Shown here: positions 39,060 to 49,104 of the stretch, piece after piece
How the letters are laid out: every line of letters starts with the position of its first letter
Position numbering within the stretch: the first letter of the stretch is position 1
Program-made: the position numbers and the translations under genes
Notes under the pieces: model-generated
Database searches by the model: none
What the model saw: only the letters and a program-made list of their open reading frames with translations
Told to the model about the DNA's origin: nothing
Source of the DNA: an uncultured Faecalibacterium sp.
GTDB taxonomy: Bacteria > Bacillota > Clostridia > Oscillospirales > Ruminococcaceae
Assembly: GCA_900765705.1 (NCBI GenBank)
Contig: CAAFSR010000019.1
Coordinates: forward strand, 1-62,650
Length of the DNA stretch: 62,650 bases
Reading direction: 5' to 3'

Positions 39060-39844
39060 GGCTGTACCTCGGCTTCCGGCTGCCGCCAGAGCAGCCGGAT
39101 AGCAGCACACAGCATAGCCACCCGATAGACGGCGCACAGCAGCCAGAACAACAAAAGCAGCGCATCCATGCGGGAAAAGCTTCCGCTGCTCCAAGCCCGC
39201 AGCAGCTCCAACCGGGGATATGCATTGTCGCCAAACAGCAGCGCCATGCCCAGCAAGGCAGCTGCCTGCACCGCAAAGCTCCATACCGGTAGCCATATCG
39301 TGCGACGTACCGACCGAGCGCCGCACAGAAGCGCTCCGGCAAAGTATTCTGCGTAAACCGGAACGCTGCAGCCTGCTGCGGTCAGCTGTGCCGGAGGGAA
39401 CAGTCGGTACCAGTGCAACTGATTGGCGAGCCCCAGCAGGCCGACCACGCCGCCCACGGCTACAAACCACCACAGCACCCGCGCTGAGGCGTTCCAACTT
39501 GCGGGCCGGATGCACCACCCCGCCCAGAGCAGCAGCGGCAGAAAGCCCAGTAGCGCCATGGAGGAAAACTCTTCTGCGCACAGTTCTTGTGCCTGCGCGA
39601 CGGTGTGCACCAGCTCCACAAAAAGCCCGGCTGTCAGTGCCAGCCGTACCGCTATGGAGGGTATTTTATCCTGCAACGCCGCCGCTGCCAGCGCCGAAAG
39701 AAAGCACAGGCATACGGCGCTGATCGCACCCAGCCACAGCGCCCGACGCACCGGGACGCCCTGCGGGATGCCGTCTGCCAGCGCTGCCGTGACCACACTG
39801 AGTGTCAGCGCCGCCGGGGTAAAGCGCTCTGTTTGTTGCTTCAT
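39056..39844 (-). CDS. Divergent, short GerAB-like membrane protein
   Basis: Multi-TM protein with YPRLELLR...FSRMDALLLLFW resembling the GerAB C-terminus; second gene of the operon. Confidence 0.6.
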   Translation of the reverse strand: MKQQTERFTPAALTLSVVTAALADGIPQGVPVRRALWLGAISAVCLCFLSALAAAALQDKIPSIAVRLALTAGLFVELVHTVAQAQELCAEEFSSMALLGFLPLLLWAGWCIRPASWNASARVLWWFVAVGGVVGLLGLANQLHWYRLFPPAQLTAAGCSVPVYAEYFAGALLCGARSVRRTIWLPVWSFAVQAAALLGMALLFGDNAYPRLELLRAWSSGSFSRMDALLLLFWLLCAVYRVAMLCAAIRLLWRQPEAEVQP

Positions 39845-39846
39845 GA

Positions 39847-41307
39847 CTATCGTTTCCCCCTCTCCTGCTTTTGCCAGATATTGAACCTGTGCCGGGACAG
39901 CTGCCGGTAGTTACGGCGCAGGATGCCGTCCTCGGAAAGCGGCTGCTGCGGGAACGGGTGCGGCGCAAGATAGGGCACGCCCAGCGCTTTTGTGCTGACG
40001 ATGCTGAGCAGAAAGCCGAAAAATGCTGCAGCCAGTCCCACCGGCCCGGCAAGCCCCGCCAGCAGTACCGTGCCGATGCGCAGCAGGGTGGCGGGCTCGT
40101 ACAGAGCCGGGGTGACAAAGACCGCAATAGCCGTGATGCTGGCCACAAAGATGACCGGTGTGCTCATCAGCCCGGTGGCAATAGCGGCATCGCCAATGAT
40201 GAGCGCCGACACCAGACTGACTGAGTGCCCCAGCGACTGCGGCATCCGCAGCCCGGCCTCCCGGATGATCTCTAAGATCAGGATGACCAGAATCATTTCG
40301 GCAAACAGCGGCAGCGGGGTGGCCTTTTCGGCTGCTTCGATCTTATACAGCAGCTGCGGGGGCAATAGCTCCGGCAGATACACCGCCACGCATACAAACA
40401 CCCCCGGCAAGAACACCGTAAGATAAAAAGAAAAGTACTTCAGCACCCGCAGAAACGAGGAAAAGGCGGCTGTAGAGGCGTAGTCATCCAGACACTCGAA
40501 TTGCTCGCTGAACAGCGCGGGCAGCACCAGCGCTGAGGGGCTGCCGTTGACTAAGATCACCAGTTTCCCCTCGCAGAGCTTCGCGGCGGCGACCGCCGGG
40601 CGCTCGGTGTAGTATACCGGGGTGAACAGCCGCGCCTTGCCGGGCAGCAGCCATGGCACAAAATAGCTGGAATCCAGCAGCAGCTCCGGCCTTGCACTTT
40701 GCAGAATGGCGCGCACCCGGCGCACCATGGCGGGGTCAGCACGGTCCTTGCAATAGCAAAGGGCGTACTCTGTATTGCAGCAGGTGTGCGCCTGTGCCGC
40801 CTCCTGCACAAGGGCATCGGTACGGACAAGGCGGCGCAGAAGGCTCAGGTTTACCCGCAGAAGGTCGGTAAAACCTTCCCTGCTGCCGCGCAGGTTGCCC
40901 TCGCCGGAGGGTTCTTCCACGGAGCGGAACTTGAGTCCCTGCACCGAGAAGGCAATGCCGCTGCTGCAGCCTTCCAGAAGCAGCACCGCCATGCCCGCCG
41001 TCAGCCGCGCTACGAGCTGCGGCATATCCTGCACCGGAGTGCTCTCGGCCGGAAAAGCCGAACCGTGCAGAATATGCGCATAGGCCTGTGCACCGGTAAG
41101 GCGGGCAAAAGCAGACTGACGGCCAGCGGTCTCCAGCAACAGCTCCCAGAGCGAATCCAAGCTTGCCATGCCATCAAACAATACGATGCACCCCGGGCAG
41201 CCGTACAGAACGATCTTCTTCGCATAATAGTCCGCCGACCGGCCAAACCTAGCATCAAGCGCGGACAGGTTTTTCGCCAGGCTTTGCGAAAGCTGCTGCA
41301 CATCCAT
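39847..41307 (-). CDS. Spore germination protein GerA (GerAA/GerKA family)
   Basis: RSVEEP-E-LRGSREGF, TERP, NGSPSAL and EIIREAGLRMP...IIGDAA motifs. Confidence 0.92.
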   Translation of the reverse strand: MDVQQLSQSLAKNLSALDARFGRSADYYAKKIVLYGCPGCIVLFDGMASLDSLWELLLETAGRQSAFARLTGAQAYAHILHGSAFPAESTPVQDMPQLVARLTAGMAVLLLEGCSSGIAFSVQGLKFRSVEEPSGEGNLRGSREGFTDLLRVNLSLLRRLVRTDALVQEAAQAHTCCNTEYALCYCKDRADPAMVRRVRAILQSARPELLLDSSYFVPWLLPGKARLFTPVYYTERPAVAAAKLCEGKLVILVNGSPSALVLPALFSEQFECLDDYASTAAFSSFLRVLKYFSFYLTVFLPGVFVCVAVYLPELLPPQLLYKIEAAEKATPLPLFAEMILVILILEIIREAGLRMPQSLGHSVSLVSALIIGDAAIATGLMSTPVIFVASITAIAVFVTPALYEPATLLRIGTVLLAGLAGPVGLAAAFFGFLLSIVSTKALGVPYLAPHPFPQQPLSEDGILRRNYRQLSRHRFNIWQKQERGKR

Positions 41308-41323
41308 CACTCCTTTGTGTGTG

Positions 41324-41353
41324 CAGTATACCCGCTTTGCCGCAGCGGAATAC
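41324..41353 (-). promoter_or_regulatory. Putative forespore sigma-F/G-type promoter of the ger operon
   Basis: Minus strand GTATT-N15-GGGTATACTG, close to the sigma-F consensus GYWTA-N15-GGnnAnAnTW. Confidence 0.5.
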
Positions 41354-41384
41354 GCCGCGCACACCGGACCGGGAGGGTTTGTGC

Positions 41385-42077
41385 ATGAAACTGCTGCTTT
41401 GCCGCACCATTATTTTATATCTTTGTGTTTTGTTTGCCATGCGGCTGATGGGTAAACGCCAGTTGGGAGAGCTGCAGCCGGAGGAGCTGGTGTCCACTAT
41501 CCTCATCTCCAATCTGGCATCTATCTCCATTGAGTCGGAGGATGTGCCCATCACCGCCAGTCTGATCCCGCTGTTCCTCATTGCAGCGCTGGAGCTGCTG
41601 GGTTCAGTAGTGAGCTTCCGCAGCCAGAAATTCTTCAATTTTCTCTCCGGGCGTCCCAAAACGGTCATTCTGGACGGAAAAATCGATCAGAACGCTTTGC
41701 GGATGCTGCGGCTGACCACTGCCGACCTGATGGAGGCGTTGCGCGGCAAAGATATTTTTGACCCGCGCAAGGTGTCCTACGCCGTGATTGAAACGAACGG
41801 CACGCTGTCGGCGGCACTGCGCCCGGAGCAGGAAGCGGCCACCCTATCCGACCTGCAGCTGAAGGTACAGCAGACACAGGCCACCATCCCCTTTGTGCTG
41901 GACGGACAGGTTTTAGAGGATAATCTGCGCTGGTGTGGCAAAGACCGTGCTTGGCTGGAGCGCACCGCCACGGCAAATACCGTTCTACCACAGGAGATCC
42001 TGCTGCTTATCGGAAACGAGACCGAGGACTATTTTCTGCTGAAAAAGGAAGGCCGTCAGCCGGGAGGAAAACGATGA
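41385..42077 (+). CDS. DUF421 (YetF-like) membrane protein
   Basis: MRLMGKRQLGELQP and AVIETNGTLS motifs; GGGAGG SD. Confidence 0.88.
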   Translation: MKLLLCRTIILYLCVLFAMRLMGKRQLGELQPEELVSTILISNLASISIESEDVPITASLIPLFLIAALELLGSVVSFRSQKFFNFLSGRPKTVILDGKIDQNALRMLRLTTADLMEALRGKDIFDPRKVSYAVIETNGTLSAALRPEQEAATLSDLQLKVQQTQATIPFVLDGQVLEDNLRWCGKDRAWLERTATANTVLPQEILLLIGNETEDYFLLKKEGRQPGGKR

Positions 42078-42442
42078 AGCGGATCTATGCGTGCATCCTG
42101 ATCGTAGCCGCGCTGCTGGGAGTATCCCTTTACAGCAGCGGACGGGTGAAAGACTTTGCGCAGGATATCTCCGTCAGCTTGGATTGCGCCCTTGAGGCGG
42201 TGCGGCAGAAAGACTTTCCCACCGCGCGGCAGGCACTTGCCGAGGGTGCGGAGCTGTGCGACACCATGCGGGAGACTATGAGCCATTTGCTGCGCACCGC
42301 CGACTACACCGAGCTGGAATCCGCGCTGCGGGCGGCGGACGGTTATCTGGAACAGCAGGCCACAGAAGAGGCGCTGGGCGAGCTGCGCCGCGCTCAGGTA
42401 GAGGTGGAGCGGCTGGACTGGCTTGCCCGGCGGCTGGTATAA
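42074..42442 (+). CDS. DUF4363-like protein with N-terminal anchor
   Basis: N-terminal TM followed by a helical bundle; ATGA coupling to the DUF421 gene. Confidence 0.6.
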   Translation: MKRIYACILIVAALLGVSLYSSGRVKDFAQDISVSLDCALEAVRQKDFPTARQALAEGAELCDTMRETMSHLLRTADYTELESALRAADGYLEQQATEEALGELRRAQVEVERLDWLARRLV

Positions 42443-42446
42443 GAAA

Positions 42447-42492
42447 CAAAAAAAACAGACCGAGAGCTGCCCAGAAGCACCTCTCGGTCTAA
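42447..42492. terminator. Terminator between the convergent DUF4363-like gene and nrdR
   Basis: AGACCGAGAG...CTCTCGGTCT stem with a poly-A flank. Confidence 0.75.
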
Positions 42493-42501
42493 AATTACAG
42501 T

Positions 42502-42969
42502 TTACTGTTTTTCCTTGCGGTCGCCCACAAGCTTTTTCAGTTCATCAAGGAAGCTTTCCACGTCTGCAAACTGGCGGTAGACCGAGGCAAAGCGGATATA
42601 GGCCACCTCGTCGATCTTTTTCAGCTCCTGCATGGTCAGCTCGCCAATGCGCACACTGGGGATCTCGCGGTCGTAGGAGCTGAACAGGGCCTGCTCGATG
42701 CTGCTGACCGCGCGCTCCAGCGCCTCGTAGCTGACAGGGCGCTTGGCGCAGGCGCGCAGCATGGCGTTGAGCAGCTTCTGCCGGTCAAATGGCTCGCGGG
42801 AGTTATCCTTTTTGATGACCACCAGCGGCACCGTTTCCACCACCTCATAGGTGGTAAACCGCATATGACAGTTCAGGCACTCGCGGCGGCGGCGGATACG
42901 CTCGTTATCTTCAGTCGGGCGGGAGTCGATCACCTTGGAATCCTCCGCACCGCAATAAGGGCATTTCAT
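42502..42969 (-). CDS. nrdR: Transcriptional repressor NrdR
   Basis: MKCPYC, RRRRECLNC, ATP cone and YIRFASVYRQF motifs. Confidence 0.97.
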   Translation of the reverse strand: MKCPYCGAEDSKVIDSRPTEDNERIRRRRECLNCHMRFTTYEVVETVPLVVIKKDNSREPFDRQKLLNAMLRACAKRPVSYEALERAVSSIEQALFSSYDREIPSVRIGELTMQELKKIDEVAYIRFASVYRQFADVESFLDELKKLVGDRKEKQ

Positions 42970-42985
42970 CTTTTATTCCTCCGCC

Positions 42986-45319
42986 TCAGTTTTTCTTTTC
43001 GCGGCGCTCGCTCCACAGCACCCATGCCGAGGTGGAAACGCACAGAGAGGTGTACACACCGCTGATCATACCCATCATCAGCGGGAACGCAAAGGTAAAG
43101 ATGCTGTCCAGACCGTAGAGCTTTGCCACGATGCACATCACGCCCAACGCCATCACGGTGGTGATGGTGGTAACAAGCGTGCGGCGGGCAGACTGGTTGA
43201 CCGACTGGTTGACCAGCTGTTCAAAGCTGGCCTTTTTGCCCATCAGGGCGCGGTTCTCGCGGATACGATCGTACACCACAACGGTATCGTTGATAGAGTA
43301 GCCGAGGATGGTAAGCATGGCAGCGATAAAGTTGCCATCCAGTGCAGTGCGCAGCAGCACAAAGGTGCCGAACACCACCATCAGGTCGTTGACCAGTGCC
43401 AGCACTGCCATCATGCCGCCGGTCAGGCCGCCGATGTTCTTGAAGCGCAGGGCAATATACAGCAGAATGAGCACCAGCGCGAACAACACCGCCACCAAGC
43501 TCTTCTGCAGGAACTTAGTACCCATAGCTGCGCTGACGTTGCTCAGGGACAGCTGGGCAAACTGGTTGTCCGGATAACTCTCGTTCAGGGAGTCCAGCAG
43601 GTTCTCCACCTGCTCGGTGGTCACGGTCTCGGTGCCGGGCATGGAGATCTTCAGGGTCTGGCCGCCGGTGGCTACGTTCTCGCCGGTCTGCAGGGTCAGA
43701 CCGTTATTTTCCAGTGCTGCGGAGGCGGTCTTCTGCACCGCGGACTGTTCAAAGCTGCCCTCGTAGGACAGCGTGATCATAGCGCCGCCGGTGAATTCCG
43801 TGTCCAGATGCACACCGAATACCACGGCGCACAGCAGGATGGCTGCCATCAGGCAGGCGGAGAAGGTCAGGAACTTTTTGCGCAGGGCCACAAAATCCAC
43901 AGGCTTCTTTTCTGCCTTCTCCTGCCCGGGCTTTGCCGCGCCATACAGCCACGGATTCCGCAGAGCCTTGATGGAGGCTGCACCGCGGATCATGATACGG
44001 GTAGCGAACACACCAAACACAAAGTTCAGCAGCACGCCGGTAAGCAGCGTATAGCCGAAGGCATAGATGGTGCCTGCGGTAGAGGGGCCGAAGGCAAAGA
44101 ACACAAAGTGCAGTGCCTTGGCAAACAGGCCGTCCGAAGGGCCGAAGGCGCTCATAAGCACGATAGCCACAATAACGATGGTCACGTTGCCGTCAATGAT
44201 GGGGGTCAGGCCGCGGGCAAAGCCGCTCTTCAGTGCGCCATCCAGAGATTTGCCGTTTTTCAGCTCTTCCTTGATGCGCTCGGCGGTGATGACGTTGGCA
44301 TCCACGCCCATACCGATGGCCAGAATGATACCTGCAATGCCGGGCAAAGTCAGGGTAAAGCTTTCAAATACCGGGAAGTAGCCGGACACAAAGGCCAGCG
44401 TAGCGGCCACCTGACCGGCCAGCGCGATACAGGCCAGAAAGCCCGGCAGACGGTACAGCACCGTCATGAACACCACGATGAGGGCAAAGGCGATCAGGCC
44501 GGCCAGCACCATGGCGCTGAGGCTGCTTTCGCCCAGACTGGGGCTTACGGTGGAGTAGCTGTCCACGCTCAGGGCAAAGGGCAGCGCGCCGGAGTTGATC
44601 TGGCGTGCCATCTTGACCACGGCATCCTGCGTAAAGGGATTAGAGGCAGAGCTGGTGATGATGGCCTGCCCGTCGGTGATAGCGGTGTTGACGGTGGCGG
44701 TGCTCACGTTCTCGTCGTCCAGCCAGATGCTGATGCTGCCCTTATCGGCAGCCAGCTTTGTGGTGGCATCGCCAAAGGCCTTGGCACCCTCAGCAGTGAA
44801 CTTAAGGGAAACATAATACTCTGCGCTGCCGCCGTTGCTCACAGGGCCGTACTGCGCCGCAGCGCTTTCAACCATAGAGCCGTCAAGGATCAGCTCGCCG
44901 TCCTTGGCAGCACCCTCGCGGAAGGTCAGGTAGGCGGTGGTACCGATTTCCTGAATGGCGGACTCGGGGTCGAAATCTGTCTCGCCGGACTGCCACGGGA
45001 ACTCCAGGATCAGGCTATCGGAGTTGTTATCCACATACAGCTCGTAGTCGGTCACGTTCAACGCGACCAGACGGTTCTCGATGACCAGACGGGCGGCATC
45101 CAGCTGCTCGTCCGTGGCATCATAGCCCTCCGAGGGCACAAAGGTGACGTTGACGCCGCCCTTGATATCCACACCAAAGCGGATATCCTTTGCACCCTTG
45201 ATATAGGTGGTGGTCACATCGCCGTATTTTGCTGCCACGCCAAAAAAGGCGGTGTAGACAAAAACAACGATCAGCAGCGCAGTTACGACCAGCTGCCATG
45301 CTTTGCCTTTTGTTTTCAT
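42986..45319 (-). CDS. secDF: Fused protein translocase subunit SecDF
   Basis: FGVDIKGG, GMGVDANV, DGNVT, EFTGG and GYSINDTVVVYDRIRE motifs. Confidence 0.95.
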   Translation of the reverse strand: MKTKGKAWQLVVTALLIVVFVYTAFFGVAAKYGDVTTTYIKGAKDIRFGVDIKGGVNVTFVPSEGYDATDEQLDAARLVIENRLVALNVTDYELYVDNNSDSLILEFPWQSGETDFDPESAIQEIGTTAYLTFREGAAKDGELILDGSMVESAAAQYGPVSNGGSAEYYVSLKFTAEGAKAFGDATTKLAADKGSISIWLDDENVSTATVNTAITDGQAIITSSASNPFTQDAVVKMARQINSGALPFALSVDSYSTVSPSLGESSLSAMVLAGLIAFALIVVFMTVLYRLPGFLACIALAGQVAATLAFVSGYFPVFESFTLTLPGIAGIILAIGMGVDANVITAERIKEELKNGKSLDGALKSGFARGLTPIIDGNVTIVIVAIVLMSAFGPSDGLFAKALHFVFFAFGPSTAGTIYAFGYTLLTGVLLNFVFGVFATRIMIRGAASIKALRNPWLYGAAKPGQEKAEKKPVDFVALRKKFLTFSACLMAAILLCAVVFGVHLDTEFTGGAMITLSYEGSFEQSAVQKTASAALENNGLTLQTGENVATGGQTLKISMPGTETVTTEQVENLLDSLNESYPDNQFAQLSLSNVSAAMGTKFLQKSLVAVLFALVLILLYIALRFKNIGGLTGGMMAVLALVNDLMVVFGTFVLLRTALDGNFIAAMLTILGYSINDTVVVYDRIRENRALMGKKASFEQLVNQSVNQSARRTLVTTITTVMALGVMCIVAKLYGLDSIFTFAFPLMMGMISGVYTSLCVSTSAWVLWSERREKKN

Positions 45320-45504
45320 AAATCAGGGAACCTCCAAAAGCGGCGGCTGTGCAGCCGCAGCCGTTTTTGTTGTGAACCGCAAGTTTTGCCGGCGGTTCCT
45401 CTCCTCACAGAGCAGCCGTCGTGCCGGCCTTTCTGTGATAAAACTCCCCTGCCGGCCCTGCAAAGCGCCACGCAGAGGAGAATATATTATTTCAGGCTTA
45501 AGCC

Positions 45505-46785
45505 TTAGGCCATGTCAGCCAGAAGCTTTTCCACAACAGCCAGACGCACGCAGACACACAGCAGCTCAGAAGCGGTCTCCACCTCGTCCAGACTGGGGTA
45601 AGTGGGAGCGATGCGCAGGTGAGAGTCCTGCGGGTCCTTATGGTACGGATAAGCAGAGCCTGCACCGGTCAGCACCAGACCGGCATTCTTGCACAGGTCT
45701 GCCACGCGCTTGGCACAGCCGGGCATAACGTACAGACTGATGAAGTAGCCGCCCTTGGGATTGGTCCAGTGGGCAATGTCGCCGCAGGGGGTGAGGTTGG
45801 TGGCAAAGGCGGTCTTGACGGCGTCGAAGCAGGGCACCAGACGGCGGCGATGCTTTGCCATGTGGGCCAGAACGCCCTCCTTGTTCTTCAGGAAGCGGAC
45901 ATGGCGCAGCTGGTTCATCTTATCGTAGCTGATGATCATTACCGCAAAGCGCTTGCACATATACTTCATGCTGTTGTCACTGCAGGCAATGGCAGAAACG
46001 CCGGCACCCGGGAAGGTGATCTTGCTGGTGGAGGTGAACATGAACACGCGGTCCTGCGTGCCGTACTTCTTGCTCACATTCAGCAGCACGGGGGTCTCGA
46101 TGATCTCCTCGGTCAGGTGATGGACGATGTAGGCCTCATCCCAGAAGATCTTGAAATCCGGGGCAGCGGTCTTCATCTTTGCAAAGCGCTCGATGGTCTC
46201 GTCGCTGTAGGTGTAACCATCGGGGTTAGAATACTGCGGCACGCACCAGATACCCTTGATGGTATCGTCCTCTGCCACCAGCTTTTCCACAACGTCCATA
46301 TCGGGGCCGTTGGGGGTCATGGGCACACTGATCAGCTCAAAGCCGAACTCCTCGGTAATGGCAAAGTGACGGTCATAGCCGGGCACCGGGCAAAGGAACT
46401 TGCGCTTTTCCACCTGAGACCACGGGCAGGGAGACTCCGGAAAGCCGAACACATAGCCGATGTTGATGAGGTTATACATCAGCTGCAGGCTGGAGTTGCC
46501 GCCCACGAACACCTCGTTGGGCTTTACGCCAAATACATCTGCAAACAGGGCGCGTGCCTCGTGCAGGCCCTCCAGCTCACCGTAGTTGCGAGCGTCGGTG
46601 CCTGCGTCCGTGGTGTAGTCGGTCATCTTCAGCAGATCCATTGCCAGATCCATCTGGTGGGGGCCGGGCTTGCCCCGGGCCATATTGAGCTTCAGACCCT
46701 TTGCCTGAAACTGCTTGTAAGCCTCTTCCAGCGCTGCTTTTTCAGCGGTCAGCGCTGCGCGATCCATCTCGTGATAATTTGCCAT
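45505..46785 (-). CDS. PLP-dependent aminotransferase (Rv3722c-like aspartate aminotransferase subgroup)
   Basis: LNMARGKP, CPVPGYDRHF, YSNPDG, STSKITFPGAG and LRIAPT motifs. Confidence 0.85.
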   Translation of the reverse strand: MANYHEMDRAALTAEKAALEEAYKQFQAKGLKLNMARGKPGPHQMDLAMDLLKMTDYTTDAGTDARNYGELEGLHEARALFADVFGVKPNEVFVGGNSSLQLMYNLINIGYVFGFPESPCPWSQVEKRKFLCPVPGYDRHFAITEEFGFELISVPMTPNGPDMDVVEKLVAEDDTIKGIWCVPQYSNPDGYTYSDETIERFAKMKTAAPDFKIFWDEAYIVHHLTEEIIETPVLLNVSKKYGTQDRVFMFTSTSKITFPGAGVSAIACSDNSMKYMCKRFAVMIISYDKMNQLRHVRFLKNKEGVLAHMAKHRRRLVPCFDAVKTAFATNLTPCGDIAHWTNPKGGYFISLYVMPGCAKRVADLCKNAGLVLTGAGSAYPYHKDPQDSHLRIAPTYPSLDEVETASELLCVCVRLAVVEKLLADMA

Positions 46786-47011
46786 TGAATACACTCTCCT
46801 TTATCGTACTTCCTGTTACCCAATTCTATGGCTCGCTTTATGCGGTATGCCCCTGCCAGAGAGCACACGCCGCACGATCCACACTTTACTATTATAGTAC
46901 ATTTTCCTGTCAGAAACAAGAATTTGAAAGCAAAAAGCCCTGCCAAAAGCAAAAAGCTTTTGAAACAGGGCCTTGCAAGCGGGTACGCTCCCCTGCTGTG
47001 CGGCAGTGCCG

Positions 47012-48334
47012 TCAGCTCAGAGCAACCTGATTTTTATAGCGTTTGCGCACAGCGCCGTATTCCAGATGTGCCTCGCCGCCCTCTACGGTGTCCTCGTCCA
47101 CGGTCACGCGGATGATAGTGGCATCGCTGGGCACCTCGTACATGATGGGCAGCAGAATGCTTTCCATCACGCTGCGCAGACCACGGGCACCGGTCTTGCG
47201 CTCAATGGTCTTGCGGGCAATGGCGTGCAGAGCTTCGTCTGTGAAGGTAAGCTCCACGTTATCCATGCCCAGCAGCTCCTTGTACTGCTTGACCAGACTG
47301 TTGCGGGGCTCCTTGAGCACGCGTACCAGTGCATCCTCGTCCAGATCGTCCAGCACGGTGATGACCGGCAGACGGCCGATCAGCTCCGGGATCAGGCCAA
47401 ATTTGACCAGATCATGGGGTTCTACCTTGCGCAGCAGTGCGCGCTCGGCCTCGGTGGAGTTATCCTTCAGCGCGCTGCCAAAGCCCAGAGCAGACTTATC
47501 GGTGCGGCGCAGGATATACTTATCCAGACCGTCAAAGGCACCGCCGCAGATGAACAGGATGTTGGTGGTGTCGATCTGGATGAACTCCTGCTGCGGGTGC
47601 TTGCGGCCGCCCTGCGGCGGCACATTGCTGACAGTGCCCTCCAAGATCTTCAGCAGTGCCTGCTGCACACCCTCGCCGCCCACATCGCGGGTGATAGAGG
47701 GGTTTTCGCTCTTGCGGGTGATCTTGTCGATCTCATCAATGTAGATGATGCCGATCTGCGCCTTCTGCACATCAAAATCTGCTGCCTGGATCAGCTTAAG
47801 CAGAATGTTCTCCACGTCCTCGCCCACATAGCCGGCTTCGGTAAGGGTGGTGGCGTCCGCAATGGCGAAGGGCACACCCAGCATCTTAGCCAGCGTCTGG
47901 GCCAGCAGGGTCTTGCCCACGCCGGAGGGGCCCAGCAGCAGCACGTTGGATTTTTGCAGTTCCACGTCGCCGCCCTTGCCGCTGAGGATGCGCTTATAGT
48001 GGTTGTAGACCGAAACGGACAGCACACGCTTTGCCTCGTCCTGACCGATAACATACTGATCCAGACCTTCCTTGATCTCGGCCGGGGTCATGATGTTGAT
48101 ATCCAGATCTGCAGCAGCAGGCTGGATATGGGCGCGGCTTGCGCTGCCGCGGGCCGGACGGGCGCTTTTGGGCTGATCCGGCTTGTCAGAGAGCAGATCG
48201 TGGCACAGGCCGATGCACTCGCTGCAGATATTGACCCCGGGGCCAATGATCATGCGCTCCACCTCGTCCTGATGCTTGCCGCAAAAGCTGCAAACCAGAT
48301 CCTTTTCATTTTTGCCGGAATTGTTATTTGCCAT
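47012..48334 (-). CDS. clpX: ATP-dependent Clp protease ATP-binding subunit ClpX
   Basis: CSFCGK zinc finger, [13 protein letters not shown] and GARGLR motifs. Confidence 0.98.
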   Translation of the reverse strand: MANNNSGKNEKDLVCSFCGKHQDEVERMIIGPGVNICSECIGLCHDLLSDKPDQPKSARPARGSASRAHIQPAAADLDINIMTPAEIKEGLDQYVIGQDEAKRVLSVSVYNHYKRILSGKGGDVELQKSNVLLLGPSGVGKTLLAQTLAKMLGVPFAIADATTLTEAGYVGEDVENILLKLIQAADFDVQKAQIGIIYIDEIDKITRKSENPSITRDVGGEGVQQALLKILEGTVSNVPPQGGRKHPQQEFIQIDTTNILFICGGAFDGLDKYILRRTDKSALGFGSALKDNSTEAERALLRKVEPHDLVKFGLIPELIGRLPVITVLDDLDEDALVRVLKEPRNSLVKQYKELLGMDNVELTFTDEALHAIARKTIERKTGARGLRSVMESILLPIMYEVPSDATIIRVTVDEDTVEGGEAHLEYGAVRKRYKNQVALS

Positions 48335-48370
48335 AGCTGTTTTTCCTTATCCTGGATAGATTGTAGCGGT

Positions 48371-48967
48371 TTACCGGTGGGCAATAACCTCATCGATCAG
48401 GCCGTATTCCTTTGCCTGCTGCGCGGTCAGGTAGTTGTCGCGCTCGGTGTCCTGCTGGATCTTTTCCAGCGGCTGGCCGGGATACTCGCTGAGCATCCGG
48501 TTCATCTTATCGCGGATATAGACCATGTGCTCGGCATGAATCTTGATATCCGTGGTCTGGCCGGAAAGGCCGCCGCCCTGACCGCCGATCAGCGGCTGGT
48601 GGATCATGATCTCGGCATTGGGCAGTGCAAAGCGCTTGCCCTTGGTGCCGCTTGCCAGCAGGAATGCGCCCATAGAGGCAGCCATGCCCATGCAGATGGT
48701 GGAAACATCGCACTTGATATACTGCATGGTATCGTGGATGGCCATACCGGCGCTGATGGAGCCGCCGGGGCTGTTGATATACAGGCTGATGTCCTTATCC
48801 GGGTCCTGCCCTTCCAGATACAGCAGCTGCGCCACCACAAGGCTTGCAGTGGTATCGTTGACATCCTCGCTCAGCACGATGATGCGATCGTTCAGCAGAC
48901 GGGAGAAAATGTCGTAGGAACGCTCTCCGTGCGCCGACTGCTCGACAACGTAAGGAACAAAACTCAT
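48371..48967 (-). CDS. clpP: ATP-dependent Clp protease proteolytic subunit ClpP
   Basis: YINSPGG, AASMG, MIHQP and ERDNY motifs. Confidence 0.97.
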   Translation of the reverse strand: MSFVPYVVEQSAHGERSYDIFSRLLNDRIIVLSEDVNDTTASLVVAQLLYLEGQDPDKDISLYINSPGGSISAGMAIHDTMQYIKCDVSTICMGMAASMGAFLLASGTKGKRFALPNAEIMIHQPLIGGQGGGLSGQTTDIKIHAEHMVYIRDKMNRMLSEYPGQPLEKIQQDTERDNYLTAQQAKEYGLIDEVIAHR

Positions 48968-49003
48968 AAAGTTCGCCTCCTGAAATGGTTTAAGTTTATT
49001 GGC

Positions 49004-49055
49004 AAAATTGACCGATACGGGTTCCCTGTAAAGTTCAGCCGTACCGGTCAATTTT
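49004..49055 (-). terminator. Hairpin / probable terminator between tig and clpP
   Basis: AAAATTGACCG-TACGG...CCGTA-CGGTCAATTTT inverted repeat. Confidence 0.6.
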
Positions 49056-49104
49056 AACAACCTTTGATAAAACGCCTGCGGCGCTTTACAGGGCCCGGCA
49101 CTGA

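Noticed and set aside
46801..46880. Similarity of the aminotransferase leader to the glutamine (glnA) riboswitch (AUCGU...GGAAGU)
   Set aside because: The order of conserved elements and the P3/E-loop do not match; kept only as an unclassified candidate leader
48470..48490. ClpP EYPGQ in place of the usual xxTGQ
   Set aside because: Single substitution away from the intact catalytic triad; could be a polymorphism or sequencing error
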